The notes below the pieces were generated by a model that did no database searches, had not been told where the DNA came from, and saw nothing but the letters and a program-made list of their open reading frames with translations. 64,000 nucleotides of DNA from assembly GCA_032718475.1 (NCBI GenBank), contig JAUCBJ010004543.1, positions 69,274 to 133,273 of the forward strand, given 5' to 3'. Positions 14,601 to 29,600 of this stretch are shown in pieces. Every line of letters starts with the position of its first letter. Position 1 is the first letter of the stretch. The DNA comes from Nemertoderma westbladi (lineage: Eukaryota > Animalia > Xenacoelomorpha). Position numbers and translations under genes: made by a program.

Positions 14601-17600
14601 TATCCAAAGTTCGGATGTCTCTCGGGAAGTTCAATGAATCGGTCTCGGAGGTTGATTCCTTCTTAATGACGGCCATGGAAGGAGTTTCCGACCCGCAGTT
14701 GGACCGCAAAGATGAGGATGATGTCGACGATTTTATCGTTAAGATTAAAGTTCGAATGGAAGAACTTTCCACTCCTCTAGAAGACATTGAGGCTACTGGT
14801 AAATTAATTATGGGGAGCAACGATGTTGGTGATACTAAACAGGTGAAGGAGTATATCGAGAATACAAAGAGTAACTGGGAGGAGTTAGAGGCCTTGTTGG
14901 AAGATAAGGAACAACGATTGCAGAGTAGACGGAATTATTCATCGCGGTTTAACGATTGCGCCGGAGAGGTGCGTCGATTCCTTGACGATACGGAGCGTCG
15001 GATAAACTCTCTTGATGCCGTCGCTGTTGACCTCGATGCTTTGAAGAAACAGGCGTCCGCGCTCGAGAATATCGCAGATTCCGTCGCATCCTTCGCACCG
15101 CGTATCGACGAACTAGTCGAGCGATCCTGCGAATTGGACGACTTCATCCTCGCCGAGGCCCAACGCCCCGGCGATCCTACCGCCAGGAAGCGGCTCGCAC
15201 ATGCGTCCTCCAGTCCAGCGGAGTTGGAGCCAGTGGATCCAATCGAACTGAATCAGATTCCGTCGCAACGAAACTTACGTACCGGTAGCCTCGTGGAACT
15301 ACAAGACGGGCAGATTTCCCAGAGCCCCTATGTGAAGGAAGCCACCAACTTTGCATCTCGCTATGATATATTAGTGGCTGTAGTCGAAGCCCGTGCGCAT
15401 GATATCCAAGATACTATATCTAGTGTGGAAGACTTCCAGGAGAAGTTATCGAATGTGACAACTTGGTTAGACGAAACAGAAGATTCTGTGAGGGACCTAG
15501 AAAGAACCGGCACGGTTTCCGATGTCCTTGAGAAACAGATTGACGTTCAGAAGCAACTTGCTGATGAAATTAATGAGCATGAACCCGAGGTTGTTAACGT
15601 GAAGACCTTGGGAGGAAAACTGATTGCCGAGAGGCGGAAAGGGCTGGGCTCGATGGGAATTAAACGGCAGTTGAGTTTAACTGAGGAACGTTTCAGCGCC
15701 CTTAAAGATAAAATATTTGTGAAACTCGTAGAGCTGGAGGATTCATCGAGTTCATTAGACGAGTTTAATCGACTGATTAACTCCATCAACGAGTGGTTGA
15801 GGGCGACTGAGGTCGAAGTAGGCAGGCTTGGCCCAGTTTCAGTTAAAGTTGACAGCATCTTGGACCAACAGGAAAGTGTGGAAGAACTTCTCAGAGCGGT
15901 GGAATCCAAGAGGCCCGATGTGGAGCGTCTGAGCGAGACAAGTAGGAGTTTACTCGCGTGTATGGACCCCATCGCAAGGTCTAAATCCACCGTCAGCCAC
16001 AAGGAGGCGCAGTGTAACCATGTCTGGTCCGACTTAGCCAATCGCTTGAAGGAACGAGGGAGTCTTTTAGCCGTAGCGGTCGTGGACAGTCGGAAGTTCC
16101 ACAACAACCTCGCCTCCATTGAGCGGAGGTGGGAGAGAATCGACGCGAACATCCAGGAGTTTACCGACATCGGGAAGAACCCCTCCGAGATTAAAGCCCA
16201 AGTTAAACTCGCTAAAGACACACAGAAGGAGATCGATATGCAGAAGGTTTGTTTAGATTCGGCGTCCGAGTCATTTATGTTGCTAAGCGACGTGTCGGAT
16301 AACGTCAGCGAGAAACTCGAGTTGGCGGGAAAGCTGGATGAGATGACGAGGAGAATCCACAAAGCGAATGATCGCGTCGAATCGCGTATCGAAGAACTAA
16401 ACGCCGCACTCGTTGCTTCTCAGAAGCTTTCTCTAACTCTGGACGAATTGTCCGATTGGTTGAAGGCGAAGGAAACTTACCTGACGCGGTTATCGCCGTT
16501 GTCAGGGGATTATTCGAAGCTCCGCGCGCAATACAACGAACGGGACGTGTGTCGGAGAGACGTCGTACAGAAGGAACCCATCGCGGAAGCGACGTTGGCA
16601 ACCGGGGACGCCGTGGTCGCCGGTAAACCCGAATCGCCCTTGATGCAGAAACTCGCGAAGCGACTGGTCGCGGTACGGGGGCGGTTCTCGGAAGTCGGAC
16701 GGGATTCGTCGAGGGCGTTCGTCGCGGTTTCCGAGTGTCTCGAGTTGTCGGGACAGGTCAACGACCTGCGGGCCCAACTGACGCCGTGGTTCGCCGACGT
16801 AGAGACGCGACTGGAGTCGGCGATCCCCGAGCGCGTGGAGGCCGAGTTTCTCCGGCATTGTTCGTCGGATGTGGCGGAGATCGCCGACGAAGTCGCCGGC
16901 AAGGAAGACGACATGGCCTCGTTGCTCGAGGCAGCGGAATCACTAGTGACCATGGTTGCCAGCGACTCGGGTGCGCTGCTGGAGTATATCGATTCGGTTA
17001 AACTCCGATGGGAGGCGATCGTCTCCAGGTTGTCTGGACGTCGCGAATTGGTGGATCGACTTATCGCTGCCACCGATGCTCACGCAACGGCAGTGCGCGA
17101 CGTTGCTACGCAACTAAACAAAATCGAGGTTAAGATGGAATATTTGGAAACGGGTTCAGAAACTAAAGGATTTGACTCTCGTTTGGTCGAGAGATGTCGA
17201 AATCTAGCGAACGGTAAGTTATTTACTTGAAAAAATATTGCCCCGCTGGTTTTAGCGTAGCTATGTAATGTAGTAGGGGCCTAAAGTAAATTACACATTT
17301 AAAAAGGCTATATCATTTACATTTTTTATCAACTTATTCCTTTTTTTTCACTTTTCTCAAGGTCATTCAATTTAATTACTTAGGTACACGCCAGGTTTGT
17401 ACCAGCATTGAGACACATTATTTACTGGAAACTGTTTCACTTTCAGTTACTCTCTAGTTGGTATAGGTATAGCCGTACACGTGCTCTCCTGTTATTATAC
17501 ACCCCCCCCACCCCCCATGTGTTGTTACACCCCCCATTCCTGTTAACCCTGTTCAAAAATAATTTATTATTGGATCTAAATATTAAGCATATTTAACATT

Positions 17601-20600
17601 ATGAGTTATGACCAACATCTGGTTGGTTCTGGTTTTTCTTATCCGAATATAAATAACATCGGTTGTGCTCGTCCTTTGAATAATCCAAGTTTATTGTTTT
17701 TTCTATATTTTAGAAATGGATATGTTAGACGAGCCTCTATTCGGCGTTGCTAAGAGAGTAGATGATATCGAGGCAGAAACTCCAAAAGAGTCTTCCACTT
17801 CGTCCATTAAATCTGACGTCACAGAATTGAAATCACGTAGCCAAGTAAGTAGTAGTGTTTATTTTATATAAACTGTAAATTTTAGGTATATAAAATCGAT
17901 CTCTCTATAATGCGGCAGATATTATGTCTCTGTTGGCAGACAATATTCTGGGTTGTTATATGGGACGTAAAAAGTAAAGTAAAGTAAATTTTCTTCGGCC
18001 ACTAGGCCAGGGATTACGCACAAAGTCTGACGACTTATTTCCAGTGCGGTCCCCCCAGAACTTTACTCCCCAGAGGAAACTCTAGTACTCATTTAGCTAC
18101 CACTTAAGGATGCAAGGCAGATATGCGCCCTGGCTGGTCCCTTTAAAGCATTCGTGCCGAAACGAAAACTGCCCTGGTCCATGTGAGGATCGAACCCACG
18201 ACCTACAGGAGATGTGAATTCAATGTAACCACTACACCAAGGTGGAACCTCAGTGGTGGGACGAGTTCGTCTTATTCTTGTTGTTGGTTGAACTTTATAA
18301 CATTGACTATTTTTCAGAACGGGTTAATTTCGCATTTGTTAACGGTTTATATTTAATTTTTAGGCGTTAACTTATAGAATTCGCAATTTTATCGAAGAAG
18401 GTAGTTCAACAATAAACAAATCTGAGAGAATCCATAAAGAACTCAGTGAGCTGACATCCGGTATAAATGAGGCCGATGAGTCCTTGGATGACCTTCAACC
18501 TATAGGTTAGCATATATTCGAATAATCAGTGTATAAAGTATGGGAATCCTGTCACACATAGTATAATTATTTCTTTCAGCAAAAAATAATAATTTTTGTT
18601 TAAGGTTATACATATTATATTTATCTTGCGTAATTGTAGGTCGTACCCAGTTAGTGATTGACGAACAGTCTGCTGTTGTCATGGCAGTGGGTAACAAACT
18701 CGCCACCATTGGTGACAAACTCTCTGCAATTGAGGCGGAAATCGACGGTATAGCTTCACAGATAACTGGCGAGGATCCAGAGAGATTGAAAGATTGGGTT
18801 AGTATTTATATCCAACTAGATACACGCACACCAGCTATAATCGCGATCGCAGGGTAGTGCTGGGTTCAGGTAAGATCTAAACACCTATCCTCTAGAAGTT
18901 CTTGAATTCCGACAATTTATGAGAGAAAATTTTCACAATTTGTTTCCAATACGTCCATATTCTTTATTCCTGTTTCATCTGTACATTTTTTTTGCCGACT
19001 ACCCTGTAGTGGTAGTGTTACACGGTACACGGTGTTACACAAAAAGAGTATAAAATGGAACCCCCATGTGCAATTGTGCACGGGGGTAGATCGCACCCGC
19101 ACAAAGATAAGTGGTACTCTAATTATAATATGATAAAAATTAATTTATTACTTCTGAGCTCCAGATGCAGTTGTATTATATATTGATATTTATTAACCTT
19201 GATTTACGAGTTTTTTTTATATTATTTACTTTCACTTTCGATTTATACCTATTTTTTGTCGATGCCGCATGTTAGGCCAACCGTTATCACCCAAGTGATT
19301 GAACAACAGTTATTGACATGATTGACATTGTAGGTTGACGATCTTAGCAAGAAGTTATCTCGCGTTTCAAATCGTTGCGAAGCGACTGGTATCGAGGTGA
19401 AATCGATAAACAACCGTCTGGTTGAGCTACACGGATTGGTTGAGGAAGCTGAATGCGACATCGACGAGACCCACAAAGTGTTGAGTCATCCGGAACCCGC
19501 TGGCCAATCAGCAGAAGTTATACAAAGTCAGCGAGACTTACTGAAGGTTTGTTTTACCTTATTCTAATATATATATAATATGACAGTCGTATATATTTGC
19601 TGGCTTCATCCGAAAATTGTATATACCAGAACTTTATACTCTTCGGGAATTTTTACTATGTCGGAGAGACCGATAAACTGACAGACAGAAAGTAGTTACA
19701 AAAATTCTAAATTTGAAGTTTCGTTTCGAATTGAATCAATTTTGAATGGAACTAGAAAAATAAACATATTATACACTTGTTATATAAACTGTTTTATTTA
19801 TTCTAGAATATTGAGAAGAACTATGCTATACCCTGTGGGGAGAAAGTGCGCCAAGCTACCTCTAGGGGGCAGTCGCTAGTCGATACAGCGAATATTGGTG
19901 TTGATACGAAACAAGTACAGGATACAATCGAAAAATTAAACCACAGATACTCGAGTGACGTCACTAATTTGGTTAGTCACTTATAAACTATGAAATTTTT
20001 ATAAATAGATTGGGAATTTGATGTTATTAATTGTAGTAATTTGTGTACTGATCTATAATATTGACATAACATTGAAGATCTTTTAATTAAGCATTGTAAT
20101 TGCGTCTTAAATCTCCTTGACAAACGTCAAAATTTATACTTCAAATATATATTCAGTATGTTTATCTTTTTCTTTGCAATTGAATCCCCGCAGATATCCA
20201 GCCGAGCTGCCGACCTTGAGGCCAGTCTAGTCGACAGCTGTGGTCTAGGGGTCGCACTGGAAGCGATGCGGTCCTGGTTGTCAGACACCGAGAGAGTACT
20301 GGACCATCAGTGCAGTCCCAGTTGCCAACCGGAAGTGGTCAAGGCCCAGATCCGAGAAGGGGAAACGATTAAGAATATGGTAGAGAGCAGACAGGATTCA
20401 ATAGATGCTGTCAGAGACCGTGCAGAGGAAGCAGACAATGGTTAGTAGGAGATGTTCGACTCACTTATTTATAATCGAGTTTTTGTGCACTGTTATTAGC
20501 ACAGGAGCAATTAATGTCAGTTGATAGGTGTCAGTCATCAGACATCGTAAACCTGGACGCCAGCCGAGGATTTTTCTTTGAATTAATTTTCCAATTAAAT

Positions 20601-23600
20601 TTTGTTTCGCATAGATTTCAGTGTTCAGGCCCGATCTGTTGTCGGCCGCTACGACTCGATAAAGTCCCGAGTTTCTATCCGTCTCGACGATTTACAAGGT
20701 GTTCTAGAATTATCCAACAAATTCTATCAACATTGCGGAGAATTAACCAATCAGCTTCATGCAATAAAGAAAGCATTAGGAAAGGTGGACCGAATGTCTA
20801 TTGATCCTGGAATCTTAACTAGCGACATCGTTGCTTTAAAGGTTAGTTAAATGACTTTGAGCTATTCTTGAGAGTCTGTGACTTCTTATTATTATGAATT
20901 ATTCTGCATCTTGATTTTATACTTTTCTTCAACAATTTCCTGGTTTAGTTACTTGCGTACCAAGTAGTTAGGTTGTTAGAGTGTCGGTTTTCCAGCCGGG
21001 TGGTTGCATGTTCGAGCCCAGTCAAGGAGCAACCCAGTTTTTGTTAAGCAATTAATTTGCTATAATAGTCAGAGTATTACACCTTGGGAGTTAGTGCCCC
21101 CCCCCCCCCCCGCCTTACAGGTACAGCCAGTAGAAAATCCTTCGGGTTGAATAATGTGTTTCTAGTTTCACTTCCGCTTATATAAGCTTATACTTAACTT
21201 TTTACTTGCATGGCGCTATTAGTTCACAAACTGAGCATCTATAATCAATGTGTTCCAATATTTTTTAATTTCTCTATTTTTTTCCCATTTCTATGAGTGT
21301 TTGATTTGATAAAACAGTAGGATTCTCTAGAATTAGATTAGATTGATGTTGCATGTCTGAATGTCCCATATACTTAGGAACGTGTTGGACAACTAGCCAA
21401 TCATAAAGGCGACGTCGAGCGTGTGATTTCATTGGCTGGTTTGTTGAAACCGTTAGTTGGGAAAGATCAACGCGTGACTCTCCAAAACCAAGTGGACGCC
21501 ATTCAGGATTGCTATGACGACGTGTGTCTGGTTGCCGAAGAGCTGATAAACGCGTTAACAGTTGCCCAGCAATGGATCACATTGTTTGCTACATTGGAGA
21601 GCCAGCTCACCCATTGGTTGGATGATACTGACAAGCTATTGGATAATGCAACTGCCACTCCCATTTCTGTAGAATCAATTCCACTTAAACGCTCGTTAGA
21701 TGTTCAATCAGTAAGTATAAAGCAAACAATAAACAGCCAATCATCATTGAGTACATCATAATAAACAACCAATCAGTGATTACTTCATAGAATATATAAC
21801 CAGCAATCAGTGGAAGTACTATACTTCACAATCAATATCTATATTTGTTTCATTCTGCAAGTCCAGACAATTTCTCCTGTATCCTAGACATTGCTTTAGG
21901 TTATTTTCCTTGTCTTTATGTTAGCACTTAACATCAAAGTTGTTATCAATTCATTTTTTAACTATTTTCGCCTCATTTTGAAAGTGAGAAAGAAACTTAC
22001 AACATTTTATTAAGATATAAATTATATTGTTTTTATGAAAATAAAATGTTTTCCTATAATTTATTTCTATAACTAACAAATATTTTATCGTAGGAATTGA
22101 ATTCCTCCATCGCGGATGAGATGTCCATACTCGACGAGGTTGTTGGTATCGGAAATGACGTCATCAGACAAGCTTCCGGCGACGAGGCTTTATCTGTTCA
22201 CTCCAGATTGGATGTTTTGAAATCCCGCTTTGGCGAATTGGCCAATCGCAGTGCAGTCCGCCTTTCTCATCTTGAAAAGGTAATAATAATTAATTCCACC
22301 TTATTTCTCTACTTCATATCGTCAAAACAATAACTTTCGGACTTACAAATACTATTTATATAATTGATAACTTTCAGGCTCTTCCATTGGTTGGGGATTT
22401 CAACGAATCTTACCGCCGAGTAGTTTCCCGATTGGATGATTTAGAGCATTACATTAGCCTATCAGAAACAGAGAGTTCATTTGATTTGCGCAGTACATTA
22501 GAGGTTAGTGAAACTATACCGTTCTAGAACATTCGACTTTCAAATATCGAGTTTATTTGTTGGTGAATTCATTAATACTATTGACGATAGAATGCTGAGA
22601 TTTAAACGATTAATGGATTTGGTTTCTATAGGAACGTAAGCGTGACTCGGAAGGAATTAAAGTCATGGTGGGACAACTGAATGGTATTGGACCGCGGTTG
22701 ATGGTTGCGGTGGGTACCGAGTCAGCTGTTAGTGTTGAGGAACGTCTATTAGAATGTAACAGACGTCTAGACGCCGCCGCCAACCGGCTCAAGGTTATCG
22801 AAGACAAACTGCAAGAAAACATAACAAAACAACGTGAGGTAAGTGAGCTGACCTACCGAAACTTGTATTTACTGTAGATTAATATTATTTTGGTAGTATT
22901 GATGGAATACGTGACCGGTTTTACTGTCCCCAGGAAATGTTTATGTATTTAATTTCTAACACGTTGTTCTTTTATATTCAATTACAGTTTACTGATAAAC
23001 TAAACGAACAGGTACTATGGGTTGAGTCGGTTTCTAAGCAACACTGTGACCAGTCACCGCTGGAACTAATATCGTTCGAGAGACTGACAGCGCAGGATGA
23101 TAGTCAGCGTCTCCTAGCAACCGAGATAGGCAGTCATAGAGGCGATGTGGAAGCGCTGCGTAAAGAATGTTCGGTTGTGGTTAGTGGGATCGCGGATACC
23201 GATGTAAAACAGGAACTCCAGCGGAAGCTAAAATCCATAACAGATCAATACAGGTGGGTGTAACGCAAAGTATAGGTTACTAGTTGGGGGTAACGCAAAG
23301 TATAGGTTACTAGTTGGTGTAACATAATGTATAGGTTACTAGTTGGGTGTAACATAAAGTATAGGTTACTAGTTGGGTGTAACATAAAGTATAGGTTACT
23401 AGTTGGGTGTAACGCAAAGTATAGGTTACTAGTTGGGTGTAACATAAAGTATAGGTTACTAGTTGGGTGTAACATAAAGTATAGGTTACTAGTTGGGGGT
23501 AACATAAAGTATAGGTTACTAGTTGGTGTAACATAAAGTATAGGTTACTAGTTGGGTGTAACATAAAGTATATGTTACTAGTTGGTGTAACATAAAGTAT

Positions 23601-26600
23601 AGGTTACTAGTTGGGTGTAACGCAAAGTATAGTTTACTAGTTGGGTGTAACATAAAGTATCGGTAACTAGTTGGTTGTAACATAAAGTACCTGTTAGTAG
23701 TTGGGTGTAACATAAAGTCTAGGTTACTAGTTGAGTGTAACATAAACTACCGGTTACTAGTTGAGTGTAACATAAAGTCCAGGTTGCTTGTTGAATGTAA
23801 CATAAAGTACCGGCTAGTAGTTGGGTTTAACTTAAAGTACCGGTTACTAGTTGGGTGTAACATAAAGTACCGGTTACTAGTTGGTTGTAACATAAAGTAC
23901 CGGTTACTAGTTGAGTGTAACATAAAGTCTAGGTTACTAGTTGAATGTAACCTAATGTACCGGTTACTAGTTGGGTTTAACATAAAGTACCGGTTACTTG
24001 TTGGGTGTAACATAAAGTACCGGGTGCTGGTTTGGTGTAACATAAAGTACCGGTTACTAGTTGGTTGTAACATAAAGTACCGGTTACTAGTTTATGTGTA
24101 ACATAAAGTTTAGGTTACTAGTAGAATGTAACATAAAGTACCGGTTACTAGTTTATGTGTAACATAAAGTTTAGGTTACTAGTAGAATGTAACATAAAGT
24201 ACCGGCTAGTAGTTGGGTTTAACTTAATGTACCGGTTACTAATTGGGTGTAACATAAAGTACCGGTTACTAGTTGGTTGTAACATAAAGTACCGGTTACT
24301 AGTTTATGTGTAACATAAAGTTTAGGTTACTAGTAGAATGTAACATAAAGTACCGGCTAGTAGTTGGGTTTAACTTAATGTACCGGTTACTAATTGGGTG
24401 TAACATAAAGTACCGGTTACTAGTTGGTTGTAACATAAAGTACCGGTTACTAGTTTCTGTAACATAAAGTCTAGGTTACTAGTAGAATGTAACATAAAGT
24501 ACCGGCTAGTAGTTGGGTTTAACTTAAAGTACCGGTTACTAGTTGGGTGTAACATAAAGTACCGGTTACTAGTTTGGTGTAACATAAAGTACCGGTTACT
24601 AGTTGGTTGTAACATAAAGTACCGGTTACTAGTTTATATGTAACATAAAGTTTAGGTTACTAGTAGAATGTAACATAAAGTACCGGCTAGTAGTTGGGTT
24701 TAACTTAAAGTACCGGTTACTAGTTGGGTGTAACATTAAGCTACGGTTACTAGTTGGGTGTAACATAAAGTACCTGTTACTAGTTTTGTGTAACATAAAG
24801 TACCGGTTACTAATTGGGTTTTTTACTTAAAGTATAGGTTACTAGATAGGTGTTACAGTTATTTACTGTACAGTATGTGTAACAGTTTAAACCAGTAGGT
24901 TTATACTGAACAACAATTATTGACTCTCTATGTAATTGTTTACAATTCTTCGTACAGCGCGTTGCTAAGGGACTGCGGCAGACGCAACCACTCCCTCGGC
25001 CAATCACTGCCGTTGTCAAAACGCTTCGGTGAATTATCCAACCAATTAACGTCCTGGATCGCCGATACTAAAGAGGAAGGGGAGAGCGTGGAAGTAGCTA
25101 TTAATAGGAAGCAGCCCTCCCAGGAAGACCAGAGTAAACTTAAGGTAAGTACTGCGTATTAACACGGGTGGGTCTGCATTGTGCAAAAATAATTGTTTGT
25201 GGACTAAGCAAACAGTCGGCCGTAGCCGGAGGCGACCCAAAGGCTCCTCTTTCGATAGCTGCTACCCGAGGGTAGGGGTGGGCGCTTCTCCTATCCCAAG
25301 ATTTGTTCCCAGTTATTTAACTGGTACTCATTTTATCGACCCCAGTGGATGAAAGGCTGAGAGGACCCTGGCGGGGCTGAACCTGCAACCATTAGATTGC
25401 AGGCCCGGCGCTCAACCAACTGAGCTACCCCGCCTTCTTGTGGACTGTAACTCAGAGTATTACTGACATATAAGGGTTGGAGGTAGCCACCAACCCCCCT
25501 ATAACTTAACCTTTTTTTACTTGTTTTTATCTCTCTCTCGAATAATGATTGCATATTCATTTCAGAAACTAAAGGATTCAGTTTTACAGCACAAACCAAT
25601 CCTTCTACAATTATCTAAGTGCGGTCAACAGCTGATGGCTACTGTTACCAACGGAAACGGCCAATCGGAGATGGTTAGGCAACGTATTGACACCATCCAG
25701 CGGGAGTTCCATGATCTCAGCGCCTACATAGACGCCATGGCTGGGTTCATGGAGGTGGTCATTCAAGAATTGGATGAGGTTAGTTGATGACTGATAGTCA
25801 GTTTATATTTTTGTAGTAACACCAGCAGCTCCGTTGTAGTTATCTATACATTTTATTTTATCCATCAAATGGAAATTATAAATTGCAATTTCTTTTATTT
25901 AGCAACGACTGACCTGCCGGAGGTCACAATATCATCAGGTAGTAGTTGCCTGGGCAACCAGGTATACTTTTCACTATAATGCATGCGTTCTAGAACATTG
26001 TGTACTCCCATGTGTGGGTCTGCACTTCGCACTTTTAATTTATTATTATAATATATCACTATTTTTTTTCCAATAAAATTATTTTCATCCGAATGTTATT
26101 TTAATACTTTTCTTTCTTTCTGGTTGTCTTTCATTTATTTATAATTTCCGAAGATGATTTTTATCGTCTGGTTTATGTGGATAATTATCTATATCAACCT
26201 TAATTATCATTAGTTAATTTAATATTATTAAATCCATCATCAACATAGACAATGTGTCAAATACAAATGAATACGATAGACAGCAGACACATATTTAATA
26301 TATTATTATTTTTAATATTTGTTTATAAAACTTACTACAATAAATTATTGATTATTTATTTATTTTCATTAACTTGTTTGTATTTAGGGAGGCTTGTGTA
26401 CCATTAATAGAGTTTGTTTGTATTAATAGCTGGAGGATTCATGTGAGTCACTGTTGGACGGGTTGTCAAGGATATACGACCGTCTGAGTCACCCAGAGTC
26501 GGTGGGAGCCGAGGTGGACAGGCTGAAGATCCAAGTCAGGGACGCGAAGGGGGTTGATAGAAACCTAGAAGAGAAACACGTGGAGTTGTTGAGACTACAG

Positions 26601-29600
26601 ACTATGGTGGAAGAGTTGAAGACACAGTATCAAGGGGACTCTGGGTCGAGAGGTAAGTTATTGGTTCTGCTAGAGCGTGGAGGATTATAGTTAAAGATGA
26701 AGTACTAGTCTGCGATACGAGTTTTAGCGACGAATAAAATCATCAATTTAAATTGTCAATTACATCTTCTATAACATCGCGTTACAGTTATGGAAGATAA
26801 GACTCGGGAATTACTTGACCTCTGGCAAACTCTTGTAACCATGTCAACCCAGCAGCAATCCAATCTGGAATCCACCCTCGATGTTGCTGTATTGTTCTGG
26901 AACGCACTTTCTGTTGCCATGGATTCGTTGCACGACATTGGAGATACTTTGGAACATCAGGAGGCACCCAGTTTCAAACCCGATGTCCTTAAAGAACAGA
27001 TTGACGTGATGCAGGTCAGAATAGTAGATCAATGTGATTCTATACAATAATTATCATAATTAATTGCAGCCGATAATTTAGTAGCCGGTTATTAATACCT
27101 TTCGTTTTATTATTCAGGCCATTAAAGAAGACATGGCGATGTGCAGTAAACGTATGGAGGAGGTCGGTAGCCATGGTAACAGGTTGATGAGTAAGTGCGG
27201 TCGTCCGGAACGACCTATAGTGCAGTCTGCGTTGGACGAGATGGACAGCTCGTGGAGTCGGTTGAGCGGTCGCTACGATACCAGAGATCGCTTGCTAAGA
27301 GACGCGCGCGGTGACGTCACCAAATACGCAGCCGACGTTGCGGTAAGTACAGAGATGTGGGGCGCGCTTTATTTGTGTGAATTTTCTAGTTTGGCTGTTT
27401 AATTGTTCTATATTTAGAACTGTTATCTGTGGATGTCCAGTGTAATCAACATTAAAGTTGGAATTATGTTATAATTGTTTTTATTTTGGGGTGAATTTCG
27501 TTTGATTAACATCTTTCAGGCTTTTGGAGAGTGGTTAGCCGTTGCCACAGAGACACTGGCGTCGATGAGTCATCCCCAGACGGAGTTAAAACTTCTTCGT
27601 CGTCAAATCGACGAACTCAAACTGTTCGTAAAGGAAGTTGACAGTCGTCATAGGGATCTCGAAGAAATTAATGCAGAAACCGCCAAACTTATGAGGTATG
27701 TAGTGAAACTCCTCAGTTATGTAAGTTTGACATACTCGATAAAGTTTTGGGGGACCCCGTACTCATCTAGACTGCTGTACCGTATTGTGTTCCCTACTGT
27801 ATCCACTGCTTCTCCTTTAGCAAGCAGCAGCTTGGTCTAGTGGTGACATTCCTGGGCTTCCAATTGCGAGGCACTGGTACGATCCCTAGATGGGAGCAGC
27901 ACTGTTTGTGCACAGTGCTTTAAATACTGCAGCCTACCCCAACCCTGGCTTTCATCCTTGACTGGTCGATAAATGGGAACTGGGAAACAGAGTGGAAGGG
28001 TTTTATATGGAAGATCACCCATGGTGGTGAACAGAGCCTTAAAAAGATTCTCCCATACATTTAAACATAATATGTTTATAGCCAATGTCCAGAATATGAG
28101 AAGAAGGAGTTAGTTTCTTCAATCGAATCTATGAACGAACGCTGGAATGCTTTCAGCAACGATATAATACAACGTCGTGACATTCTGGACTCAACTCTAT
28201 TAGATCAGGTGAGTCCGTCAATTATTCTACCACCACTACTTGTCCCCAATTATACTAACATGGGGGGCCTGAGTGTTAAATGATGTGACTTACGACCATT
28301 CTTGTGCATCGAATTCATATTTATGTTTACTTAATTACCCAGGGACAACTCCAAGAGGCAGTTGGGGGCCTCGTCGCGTGGATGGTTGCTAAGCAACGGG
28401 AGTTCGAGCGCACTCCCGCAGTGTACGGTAACAGTCGGCACATTAATACCCAGATCCAACGGCAGGGGTCGTACCATCAGGACCTACTGAACAACCAGCC
28501 GCAGTTGGATCGAGTTATTAACATCATTCAGAGTTCGTCGGATGGCTGTGTGGACAAGGATGAGAAGGCACGCCATCTAACGGAGTTTAACGATATCACC
28601 GATAGATGGAAAGAATTACTCAAAGTTAGTTACAGAGTCAATGAGCGGAAGTCAATATTCCGACCTTTTTTATCCTGCTGTATTTTACCAGTAATATTAC
28701 CTCACTATTATCAATTTGAGCATTATAAGTTTATATATAATCAAAGTCATGTAATATTAACGCCAACATTGTTGTCATTGTCTATAATGAAATAATGAAA
28801 CTAACAGTTAATATTACATAACGGAATAAGGATTATAAATAAAGTTATTTTAAATAAAGTTGTACTGTGTTTCACGTCAGCTCGAGTGGGAATATATCCA
28901 CGGACGAGCTAAACGAGTGAGTGAAATATGAAACGAAGGTCTGAAAGTGAAATACAGTTACTTTATTTAAATCGACTATGTCGTATTATTTTCAAGTTTC
29001 GAAGTTGTATTAACTAGATATCGTATATAAGGCTATTTATACCGGAACTATTACTTTATTTCACGCCGTATATAGCACCCTATAGCCCATCATTAAGTTT
29101 ACTTTTTTTACGGCGTATTGCACGCCGATTTTTAATGTAGTATTATATATGCAGTGCAACATGCATTATTATTGAAATATTAATGTTATTAGTTGTCAAC
29201 GAGTTATAATTCCATGCGAATCTGCTAAGGTATCTGTGCTTGGGAACTAAATAGTAACTAATAAACCAACACAACTATAACAGAAGTTTGTAATTGTAGT
29301 GAACTAGTAGATCTAATTCAAACAATCACCTCATAAGGACACCATATATAATTAGTATAGCAGTTTTGTCGTAATTGACCAATTACAGTCGCAGAACTCC
29401 AAATAATTTTATATATTATTAACATATTGTTGCTAACATATTTCTTGTTATCTGTTAGCAGATTTAGATACCAAATGTTTTATTGTAATGCAGAATTCGA
29501 TCGCTAGAGGGGGTTTGTTAGCGGATATGCTGAAAGAAGTCTCGTCATTGGAGGCTGTCATGGCGACGCAGATGGAATGGCTAGCAGCCAATGAGAATCG

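Noticed and set aside
18812-19115. Possible Helitron/Helentron-type insertion
   Set aside because: Only a weak terminal hairpin is visible and I could not define ends or a target site.
23245-24615. ORFs in the 30-bp array (also those at 39925-40970 and 61482-62193)
   Set aside because: They are translations of tandem repeats with no independent coding evidence.
25362-25434. Functional tRNA genes (also 13565, 18175-18249, 20955, 27824)
   Set aside because: The stems are broken, the B-boxes are degenerate and SINE bodies are attached.
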